Part shown: in pieces, positions 47,364-55,900 of the stretch | Position numbering within the stretch: position 1 is the stretch's first letter | Layout of the letters: the number at the start of each line of letters is the position of its first letter | Assembly (NCBI GenBank): GCA_017854795.1 | Contig: JAFMHB010000003.1 | Coordinates: 13,047 to 77,046 of the forward strand | DNA length: 64,000 bases | Origin: Candidatus Nanopelagicales bacterium | Lineage (GTDB): Bacteria > Actinomycetota > Actinomycetes > S36-B12 | Reading direction: 5' to 3' | Program-made: the position numbers and the translations under genes | Notes under the pieces: model-generated | Told to the model about the DNA's origin: nothing | The model's input: the letters and a program-made list of their open reading frames with translations, nothing else | Databases searched by the model: none

Positions 47364-48809
47364 TTAAATAGAGTCGCGCGCCATGTCAACAAAGCGCGAG
47401 TAGTGACCTTGGAATGCCACGTTGATGGTTGCTGTTGGACCGTTGCGGTGCTTGGCAACAATGAAGTCCGCTTCACCGGCGCGAGGTGACTCGCGGTCGT
47501 AGGCGTCTTCCCTGTGTAGCAGAACTACCATGTCAGCATCTTGCTCGAGGCTGCCCGATTCGCGCAGGTCGGAAAGCATTGGTCTCTTGTCCTGGCGCTG
47601 TTCTGGCCCACGGTTGAGCTGGCTGATTGCAATGACGGGGACTTCGAGTTCCTTGGCAAGGAGCTTCAACGAGCGGGAGAACTCGGAGACTTCCTGCTGA
47701 CGGCTCTCAACTCGTTTGCCACTGGACATGAGTTGTAGGTAGTCAACTACCACCAGTTGGAGATTGTGTCGCTGTTTCAAACGGCGACACTTCGCTCGAA
47801 TTTCCATCAGGGTCATATTGGGTGAGTCATCAATGAAGAAGGGGGCCTCACTGACAGCACCCATCTTGTTTGCAAGTTTCGCCCAGTCGGCCTCACTCAT
47901 TTGACCTGAACGCATATGGTGAAGCGCCACCTGCGCCTCTGCCGACAGCAGGCGCATGACGATTTCATTGCGACTCATTTCAAGGGAAAAGATCACGCTG
48001 GTCAAACCGTGTTTGATGGAAGCACTACGACAAATATCAAGTCCCAGTGTTGACTTACCCAGGGCAGGTCGGGCCGCAACAATAATTAACTGTCCAGCAT
48101 GTAATCCATTTGTCAAGGTATCCAATTCAGCAAAGCCGGTGGGGACACCCACCATTTGTCCATCACGATTAGAGATCGCTTCGATTTCACTGAGTGTTCC
48201 TTGCATGATGTCACTCAGAGGCGCGTAGTCCTCACTCGTTCGGCGTTCGGTTACCTCGTAGACCTCGGCTTGCGCCCGGTCAACAGCGTCATCGACTTCA
48301 CCTTGACCGCTGTAACCCAATTGCACAATGCGCGTCCCCGCGGTGACGAGTCTGCGCAAAATTGCTTGTTCACGAACAATGCGCCCGTAGTAGTTTGCAT
48401 TTGCTGCGGTGGGCACCATGGAAACTAAAGTGTGAAGATACGAAGGTCCACCGATCCGCGTGATTTCCCCGGACTTGGAGAGCTCCGATGCAACGGTGAC
48501 GGCATCTGCTGGTTCACCTCGACTGTAAAGGTCCAAGATTGCGTCATAGATGGTTGAATGTGATGGACGGTAAAAGTCGTCCGCGCGAATTGTTTCAACA
48601 ACGTCAGCGATTGCATCTTTGCTCAGAAGCATCGCGCCCAGAACTGACTGTTCAGCAGCCTCGTCATTGGGTGGGGTGCGATCGGGGGCACTTGAATGTG
48701 AATAGGCAGAGTCACGGGGTTCTTCGGGGATATGAAGCTCGGAAACGCTCAACGCTACCCTTTCTCCTTCATCGGTACTCGTGTTCTTCACTACTCGTGG
48801 ACTTCTCAA
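47364..48809 (-). CDS. dnaB: Replicative DNA helicase DnaB (no intein)
   Basis: N-terminal EQSVLGAMLLS, Walker A AARPALGKST, Walker B VVVDYLQLM. The ORF-track start is TTG 48809. TTG 48752 behind GAAGGAGAAAGG is an equally good or better start. Confidence 0.95.
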   Translation of the reverse strand: MRSPRVVKNTSTDEGERVALSVSELHIPEEPRDSAYSHSSAPDRTPPNDEAAEQSVLGAMLLSKDAIADVVETIRADDFYRPSHSTIYDAILDLYSRGEPADAVTVASELSKSGEITRIGGPSYLHTLVSMVPTAANANYYGRIVREQAILRRLVTAGTRIVQLGYSGQGEVDDAVDRAQAEVYEVTERRTSEDYAPLSDIMQGTLSEIEAISNRDGQMVGVPTGFAELDTLTNGLHAGQLIIVAARPALGKSTLGLDICRSASIKHGLTSVIFSLEMSRNEIVMRLLSAEAQVALHHMRSGQMSEADWAKLANKMGAVSEAPFFIDDSPNMTLMEIRAKCRRLKQRHNLQLVVVDYLQLMSSGKRVESRQQEVSEFSRSLKLLAKELEVPVIAISQLNRGPEQRQDKRPMLSDLRESGSLEQDADMVVLLHREDAYDRESPRAGEADFIVAKHRNGPTATINVAFQGHYSRFVDMARDSI

Positions 48810-48886
48810 GTAAACACCGAGGGCCTGACGTTAGGGCGCGCGCACCGCCGTGTCCATTTTCCCTGTGAGCGCAACTGTGGGTTCCC

Positions 48887-49002
48887 TGTGGACTGATGTC
48901 GATATCTAGTGGATCGATCCGGGATAACCTGTGGAAAAGTCAATTATTTTTGATGATTTCACTGTTTTTACTCACAAAATAGTGTCCACAGCCTGTGGAG
49001 AA
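48887..49002. promoter_or_regulatory. Cluster of DnaA-box-like 9-mers flanking an AT-rich tract (dnaB / ptp divergent intergenic region)
   Basis: Four boxes were read directly. TGTGGACTG at 48887-95 (rc CAGTCCACA). TGTGGAAAA at 48930-38 (rc TTTTCCACA). GTGTCCACA at 48982-90. TGTGGAGAA at 48994-49002 (rc TTCTCCACA). Each matches 7-8 of 9 positions of TTGTCCACA/TTATCCACA. A tract of about 43 bp and roughly 25 % GC lies at 48939-48981. Confidence 0.45.
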
Positions 49003-49025
49003 AAACTTTTTACTAGGCTGCCGAG

Positions 49026-49547
49026 GTGACAAACCACACGCGTGAACAACCATTGCGCATCACAGCTGTCTGTCTTGGCAATATTTGCCGCTCACCGATA
49101 GCCGAAGCTGTACTGCGCGACCGCATTGATCGAGCCGGGCTCAGTGATCTCGTGACGGTGGACTCGGCCGGAACAGGTGATTGGCATATTGGATACCCAA
49201 CTGATCCCCGGTCCCAAGCGATTCTCACCCAAAACGGTTACGAACTCACTCAAATATCTCGACAGATCACTTCGAGTTGGATGTCCGAACTTGACATTAT
49301 TTTGGTGATGGACGGCAGCAACTACAGCAATGTTGAGGCGCTTATCCGCGAGAGTGGCCATGAACCAGAGCTATACATGATGCGAAGTTTTGACCCGGAA
49401 CTGCGTCACCTAGGGGAAGTACACCCTGACCTTGACGTTCCTGATCCTTACTACAACAAAGACGAAGGATTTGCCCTCGTTCTGGATATGATCGAGCGGG
49501 CCGCCGACGCATTTGTTGCCGGACTACCCGCTCGTTTAAAGCTATAA
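49026..49547 (+). CDS. Low-molecular-weight protein-tyrosine phosphatase
   Basis: P-loop CLGNICRSP (C-X5-R-S) near the N-terminus and a DPYY Asp loop. GTG start. Confidence 0.9.
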   Translation: MTNHTREQPLRITAVCLGNICRSPIAEAVLRDRIDRAGLSDLVTVDSAGTGDWHIGYPTDPRSQAILTQNGYELTQISRQITSSWMSELDIILVMDGSNYSNVEALIRESGHEPELYMMRSFDPELRHLGEVHPDLDVPDPYYNKDEGFALVLDMIERAADAFVAGLPARLKL

Positions 49548-49587
49548 CTTTTAAACCAATAACTGTGAACAAATAACTACGAGAAAA

Positions 49588-50625
49588 TTATCTGGTGGCG
49601 TACGCGTCGTCATCTGTCACGATCAACAGAGTTCCTTCGTTGGTTCCCGAGAAAATTTCACCGTACACCGTCGGAATATTCTCAAAACCGGTTCGAACGT
49701 CCTCCCGATGTTTAAGACGTCCCTCATTTATCCACTTTTCAAGATCCGCTCGAGCCCTGGGTAATTCGTCTTCATAGTCACCCAGTAAGAAGCCTTGCAT
49801 TCGCACGCTGCCGTAAACGAATCGCATCATGTTGGTTGGACCTTGTACCGGGCGGCTCTCGTTGTAGCCGGCGATCTGCCCGCAAAGCACGATCCGACCA
49901 AACTTGTTGATGTTCTCGACCGCCGCTTGGAGGCTCTCACCGCCAACGTTGTCAAAAAAGACATCAACCCCGTTGGGGCACTTCTCGTGGATCTGCTCCA
50001 TTAAGTTTCCGGCCCGGTAGTCAATGGCTGCATCGAGCGCCAGTTCATTGATCAGCCAATCACATTTGTCGGGTCCGCCTGCAATTCCAACAACCCGACA
50101 ACCCAATATTCGGCCAATTTGCCCTGCGACGGATCCGGTTGAACCCGCAGCACCTGACACAAGCATTGTTTCTCCCGCAATTGGACGACCAACAGCGGTT
50201 ACCCCAAAGTATGCGGTGAGAGCGTTCATACCCATTGGGCCCATAGCTGTAATGAGATCCTGACCCTCAGGGACCGCCCGGACCGGCCACGCTGCGCTAT
50301 TCACAACGTCGAACTCCTGCCAGTGCCCAATCATGGTTACCCGAGATCCAACCGGGAATCGCTCATCTGTGGATTCAAGGACCCGGCCTGCCGTGGTCGC
50401 TAATACCGGTGCTCCAAGATCAATCGAAGGGTAGAGGCTATTACTGGGGGCATCCATCCAGTTTCGCAATGTTGGCGCGCATAGGAAAACAGAATTATGA
50501 ACAAGAATGTGCCCCTGCTCTAAGACAGGATTTAAGAATTCACTTTCACGGTACTCAAAGTCGTCAACATCACACGGTCCCTCAGGCCGTCGACGAAGGA
50601 TCCACTCTCTATTTATATTCATCAT
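49588..50625 (-). CDS. NADP-dependent MDR oxidoreductase (YncB/CurA / alkenal reductase-like)
   Basis: 345 aa. Nucleotide-binding motif GAAGSTGSVAGQI. The N-terminal pattern W.LRRRPEG.....DF is typical of the PTGR/YncB group. Confidence 0.83.
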   Translation of the reverse strand: MMNINREWILRRRPEGPCDVDDFEYRESEFLNPVLEQGHILVHNSVFLCAPTLRNWMDAPSNSLYPSIDLGAPVLATTAGRVLESTDERFPVGSRVTMIGHWQEFDVVNSAAWPVRAVPEGQDLITAMGPMGMNALTAYFGVTAVGRPIAGETMLVSGAAGSTGSVAGQIGRILGCRVVGIAGGPDKCDWLINELALDAAIDYRAGNLMEQIHEKCPNGVDVFFDNVGGESLQAAVENINKFGRIVLCGQIAGYNESRPVQGPTNMMRFVYGSVRMQGFLLGDYEDELPRARADLEKWINEGRLKHREDVRTGFENIPTVYGEIFSGTNEGTLLIVTDDDAYATR

Positions 50626-50670
50626 TACTGCCTTTCAGCATTTGTTAACTCCGCCAGTAGCTCATGGCTC

Positions 50671-50710
50671 AAAAAGACCGATGGCCTGGGTTCCATAAGG
50701 AATCCAGGCC
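50671..50710 (-). terminator. Rho-independent terminator after the ABC substrate-binding protein gene
   Basis: 12-bp stem GGCCTGGGTTCC / GGAATCCAGGCC with one G-U pair and loop ATAA. On the minus strand it is followed after 7 nt (ATCGGTC) by TTTTT. Confidence 0.65.
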
Positions 50711-50732
50711 ACCGGTTCATAATGTTGCTGGT

Positions 50733-52043
50733 TTAACTTTGTGCTTCCACGAGTCCGGAGACGTCGTCGAAGACGCCGCACTCACCCAGTGGCACAACGT
50801 CGCCGTTCTGGATTTGTGAGTACACAACCGACTGGTTCACCATGCGAAGCAGACCTGGGTATGCGGTCCACTCTTGTGTGAAGTCAAGTGGTGGGAGCAT
50901 TCCTGGAAGGTCGATCTTGGCAGTGCTAGCTGCCATCATGAACGTTGCTGCATCGAGCGTGTCAGCTGGTTCAATTGTATCTGCAACCTGCCTGAAGCCC
51001 ATGTATGCAGCCCAAGTACCGAGCCCACCAAGGCTATTGTAATCCTGTGATGGGTCAGCACTGATTACATCAAGGTTGGCGCGGTAGTCATCCCATACGG
51101 TACAGGCAATGTCTGGGTAGATTCCAACAACCGTGGAACCTTCCAAAATTTCCTCGTGTCCTGCGGCAGAGATCTTGTTCAGGTTGCCCTGAGGCCCGTA
51201 GAACTTGGCCGTTGGTTGCGCGGCATCCCAAGCCACCATAAAGGCGGTCAGCGGGGTCTCAGATGTAACAGAGACGACGCAGTCGGTGCCACCTTCAAGT
51301 AGTTGTGCTACCTGAGCTGACTGATCTTGGACTGTACCTGGCTGCGTTACATACTCTGCGTTGAGTTTGTCTGCGGCACCAAGACGTGCAGCTGCCTCTT
51401 GCATTGGTGGCCAGAACGACTCAGCACCCTCAATGATCATTGCCTTGATGTTCATGCAACCATCTTCGACGGCCTTCTTTACTTCACCAACCCCATACAT
51501 CTGGATTGAGCCGAAGGGGAACGCTGCCTTGCTCGTGTTTTCCTTGGCACCCAGTGCACAGCACTCGCCGAAGTAAGCAATGCCTGCGGGCTCGAGAACT
51601 TCAATCATGGCATCAGGGCTGAAGTTGAAGCTACCAACAACTGCAACGACTCCGTCCGTTGTGGCCTGGCGTGCGCAAGTAGCGGCGCCGTCAGCGGTTC
51701 CTTGGCTATCGCAATTGATAACTTCAAGTGGGCGTCCGTTGATTCCACCGGTAGCATTGATGTATTCCTGTGCGGCATCAGCCGAAAGGTGGATGTTGGG
51801 ATACACAGCTCCTGGGGAGTTAATATCAGTGATCGTCATTGTCTTGACGGGCTCGCCCGAAAGTGGGGCGGCGCTTTCCTCAGCGGCTGATTCGGAAGCT
51901 GCTGCTGTCTCAGAAGTTGCAGCATCAGTTGTATCACTGGAACTACTACATCCAGCGATAAGAAGCACTGAAGCTGCTGCTGTTGCTACGATCGAAACTA
52001 CTCGACGACGACCCGTGATGCGGGCCCGTTGCATTTGGCTCAT
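50733..52043 (-). CDS. ABC transporter substrate-binding lipoprotein (LivJ/Peripla_BP_6-type)
   Basis: Lipobox LIAGCSSS, an acidic Ala/Ser/Glu linker, then a type-I periplasmic binding fold pattern. Start set at ATG 52043 (AGAGGA-6 nt-ATG). The ORF track allows 52070. Confidence 0.83.
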   Translation of the reverse strand: MSQMQRARITGRRRVVSIVATAAASVLLIAGCSSSSDTTDAATSETAAASESAAEESAAPLSGEPVKTMTITDINSPGAVYPNIHLSADAAQEYINATGGINGRPLEVINCDSQGTADGAATCARQATTDGVVAVVGSFNFSPDAMIEVLEPAGIAYFGECCALGAKENTSKAAFPFGSIQMYGVGEVKKAVEDGCMNIKAMIIEGAESFWPPMQEAAARLGAADKLNAEYVTQPGTVQDQSAQVAQLLEGGTDCVVSVTSETPLTAFMVAWDAAQPTAKFYGPQGNLNKISAAGHEEILEGSTVVGIYPDIACTVWDDYRANLDVISADPSQDYNSLGGLGTWAAYMGFRQVADTIEPADTLDAATFMMAASTAKIDLPGMLPPLDFTQEWTAYPGLLRMVNQSVVYSQIQNGDVVPLGECGVFDDVSGLVEAQS

Positions 52044-52263
52044 TCGCATTCCTCTACTTTTTAAGTCCACTGGCCTACCGCCACTGGCTCTTACACGCTT
52101 AATCTAAGGTAAGACATCGGCTCTTTGTGCAATAAACATAATCAATGTGGCTGAAATGTTATTAAAAAAGTCTGAAATGTCCGTTTAGTACTTTTTTCCA
52201 CATTTTATGATCCGATGTCTACACGGTTTACACCACGCGACTATGTGACCACCCTTAAACTCA

Positions 52264-52980
52264 CTAGGCCGCGTCTTCTCCGGTGGTACCCGAGAGATAC
52301 GAGTCCTCAATCTCTCCGATCCGAGCCCGGGCCTCCTCGCCGCTCAGGGCTAGGACGATTTTGCCCCGTTGCATTACGAGCGCTCGGTCGGCGTAGCGCA
52401 GAGCTTTTCGGGCATGCTGCTCAACCATCAGGACTGCCGTGCCACGCTCATCTGCTGACGTTCGTACGGCCTGCAAGAGACGGTCAACGATCAGAGGTGC
52501 CAAGCCCAGGGACAATTCGTCGGCCAGAAGAAGTCGAGGCTCGCGCGCGAGAGCTCGGCCCAAACTCAACATCTGCTGTTCGCCACCGGATAGCAGCCCG
52601 GCTCGAGTACTGATCCGGGAATTCAATTCCGGAAACAGGTTGGTCACTAACTCTTGTGAAACTCGAGCAAGACGGATGTTGTCCGCAAGCGACAATGATC
52701 GAATGATCGACCGCTCCTCTGTGACAAATGAGAGGCCCCCACGTGCACGCCGATACAACGGCTCGTTCGTGGTGTTGCCAAACATCTCGACCGAGCCTGA
52801 CATGAGTGGAACCATGCCGGCCAGAGTCATCATGGTGGTTGTCTTTCCTGCGCCATTTGGTCCTAACAGGCAGACAACTTCGCCCGATGCCACGGAGAAG
52901 TTCAGTTCACGGATTACAGGCTGACCTAAATAACCAGCCGTAATGTTTTCCGCGTTCAGAACTCGGTTCATTTCATTCAT
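52264..52980 (-). CDS. livF: Branched-chain-amino-acid-type ABC transporter ATP-binding protein (LivF-like)
   Basis: Walker A GPNGAGKTT, signature LSGGEQQML, Walker B LLLADELSLGL. ATGA overlap with the upstream fusion gene. Confidence 0.9.
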   Translation of the reverse strand: MNEMNRVLNAENITAGYLGQPVIRELNFSVASGEVVCLLGPNGAGKTTTMMTLAGMVPLMSGSVEMFGNTTNEPLYRRARGGLSFVTEERSIIRSLSLADNIRLARVSQELVTNLFPELNSRISTRAGLLSGGEQQMLSLGRALAREPRLLLADELSLGLAPLIVDRLLQAVRTSADERGTAVLMVEQHARKALRYADRALVMQRGKIVLALSGEEARARIGEIEDSYLSGTTGEDAA

Positions 52981-55900
52981 GATTGCACCTCCTTCTCTGT
53001 AGCCATTACCCCGGTTTCGTGGTTACTCGATTCGTCTTCTTGACCCAGGTAGGCACTGATCACCGCGTGATCTGCGCGAACCTCGGCTGGTGTGCCATCA
53101 CTAATTTTGGTACCAAAGTCAAGAACAGTTATGTCGTCACAGACTGACATAACAAAGTTGACGTCATGCTCGACAAGCAGGATCGCCATGCCCCACTCTT
53201 TCGCCAAACGAACAACCAGCGTTGCGAGTTCCCGTGTTTCATGGTCGTTCAAGCCTGCCGCAGGTTCGTCGAGGAGCAGCACACTCGGATTGGCAGCAAC
53301 TGCTCTCGCGATTGCAAGCAGACGTCGCTTGCCGTAAGAGAGTCCGTCAACCCCTAGACCCAAATCGTCCACCAGATCGAAGTCGCGGATCGCACTAGCG
53401 GCGGCTCCCGACAACGGTGCTTCCACCGGATAGATCAAATCTCTGAAAAAAGACATGAAATCCCGTGGGTCGCTGGCCGCACGCAAATTGTCAATCACAG
53501 AGACATCCTCGAACAGTTCAAGCGCCTGGAAGGAGCGACCCACTCCGGATCTCGCACGCTTGGTTGTTGACCAGGAAGTGATGTCTTGGTCGTCAAGCGT
53601 GACTTGACCTTCAGCAATTTTGGCAAAGCCGGTCACGGCATCAATGAATGAGGTCTTTCCCGCACCGTTAGGACCAATCAGACCCGTTATGCGACCAGGG
53701 CGAACGACGAGGTCCACCGAGTTGACGGCAACCGTACCACCGTATCGCACCGTGAGTCCCTTTGTCACCAACGTTCGGGGTGGAACTTTGACAATCTCCC
53801 CGAACTCAGGCAGTGAATAGGTTGTGGGTAGGTCGGTCTTGGGGCCACGACCGAGTTTTATGACTGCCAGCAAGGCGAAGGCGACGGACACCGGCCACAT
53901 CGTGAGCATGAAGAAAAGGATGGCACCCAATACGGCCTCTCCAACAACGAACATACTCATTCGCAGTCGTGGAGTGGTCTGTGTCCGAAAGATTGCAACA
54001 ACAAAGGTGAGTTGAGCCACCAGAAGTGCAATTACTGCCATTGCTCGGGCATCAAGGAGTAAGAAGCCCAATGACGCGAGAACCGGCAGTGCCATTACCA
54101 GGACACCCACACCAATATTGACGCTGCGATGTCGCCAGGCAACGACTGCCACGAGGGGAACCTGGCCCATAAGGATCAGGAAGGCTGACAGTGGAACTTG
54201 CTCAGCCGCGAGGAACAGAATGCCGGCCACAGCAACCGGGATGAGGAGGGCGAGGCCTTCCTGGAGCACGCTGATTCGATCACCACACACAACTCCCCAG
54301 ACGGCCACCAACTGGGTGACCAAAACGAGTGCAAGTGCTAATCGGTCAGAGCTTGGCTCAACAAAATAAATGATCAGTGCGCCAATGAAGGGGATCAAAA
54401 GTGTTAAACGAATAATTCTTTGCTGTGCGAAAGGGCCGCGTTCAAGCAGGATCACAGTGGCGATGCCCATCGTGATGTACATGAGCAGGTAGACCGCTGA
54501 CCACTGCTGACTGGCGAGAACCCAGGCGGCGATTAGCGCAAAAATCACTCGACCGCTAATTCCACGGGGATCCCTGCGCTGCAGTCCCACCGCCAAGGCG
54601 AGAGTGGTCAGACCGATGGTGAGGCGAAACACATTCCACCATGCGTCCTGCTGGTCATAGAGAAGCACCGAGATTGCGAGGAAAAGTCCCACCACCGGGA
54701 TCATGAGTCGTTTCCCAACCGAACCACCGTCGCGAAGATACTTCTTCACCAGGGCCGAGTTATTCATCAACTCCTTAACGATGCCGTCTTGGTTCAAGAG
54801 CACCATCAACAGCAGACCCACTCCACTAATCAACGGAATATACGCTTCGATTCCATCACCCAATGAGTTCAAGATCCGGCTGTTGAAAGCTCCGCCAAAC
54901 AGGGTCCCGCCCATGACCGCGCCACCAAGATAGCCGATACCGCCGATCATCGAGTCAGCAATTAATGAAATGGATCCGAAGTTGTCGTAATTACCGAACC
55001 TGATAGAAGTGTTGCGGAATGCATAAAGAACGCCACCGACCGCGGCAATACCCGCGGCGACTCCAAATGCGTACAACTTGGCGCTAGTTACATTGATGCC
55101 AAGGGCCGCAGCCGCACGTTCATTAGCGCGCACCGCCAAGAGTCGTCGACCAGATCTTCCGCGTCGAAGGTTGCTCACCATAAGGAGCATCAACATGAGA
55201 AAAGCTAATACGACGAGGAAATAGTTGAGGGGGTTGGATGCAGACCAAATGTTCCATCCGAAGATTGTTGGTTCAGCGATCACGGTACCTTCGGTTCCAC
55301 CCGTGAGGTTCTGATTATTAAAGATTGACACGTACATGACTGTTCCGAGTCCCAAAGTCACGATCGCCAGGTTGATACCACGGGTGCGTACCGCTGGAAG
55401 GGCGAATAGCAGTCCAAGGGGGATAGTCGCCAGAACACCGATGAGTAGTACCAACAAGAACGGCCAACCCTGTGTCGCGGCTAGTCGGCCAGCAACCCAC
55501 GCGCCGAAGATACCGATTGCAAACTGCGCGAGGGACAGTTGACCCGCATACCCTGTGATGACTACGACAGAGAGCATCATGATTCCTGCTGCCAACGTAA
55601 TAATCAAACCATCGAGCCAAACGTTTGACACGGAGAACGCCATGGTGGTGACCACAATTAAGGCAGCCAGAATGAGTGGCCACCGCATGCGCCCCGTACC
55701 GACGGAGGGGAGGCGCTGCATGACGAAGTCGCGCGCAGGTATGCCCTGGCCTCGGAAAGTCAGCCACAAAACGATGAACAGGAACGGAACCGCGTTCCCA
55801 ATTCCCGGTATCCCTGTGATCTGGCCTTGAACGATTGTTTGCGCCATTCCGATAAGAAGCCCAGCAACAAGAGCAACCGGGAATGATCTGAAGCCTGCGA

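Noticed and set aside
48851-49025. Calling the DnaA-box cluster the chromosomal origin (oriC).
   Set aside because: No dnaA, dnaN, rpmH or parAB genes are nearby, and only about four good boxes are present. It is kept as a finding (regulatory or titration site) rather than annotated as an origin.
51580-52924. Antisense ORFs of 175 aa (51580-52107) and 161 aa (52439-52924) opposite the binding-protein and livF genes.
   Set aside because: These are shadow ORFs. The sense frames carry a lipobox and Walker/signature motifs, while the antisense translations are Ala/Ser/Arg-rich.
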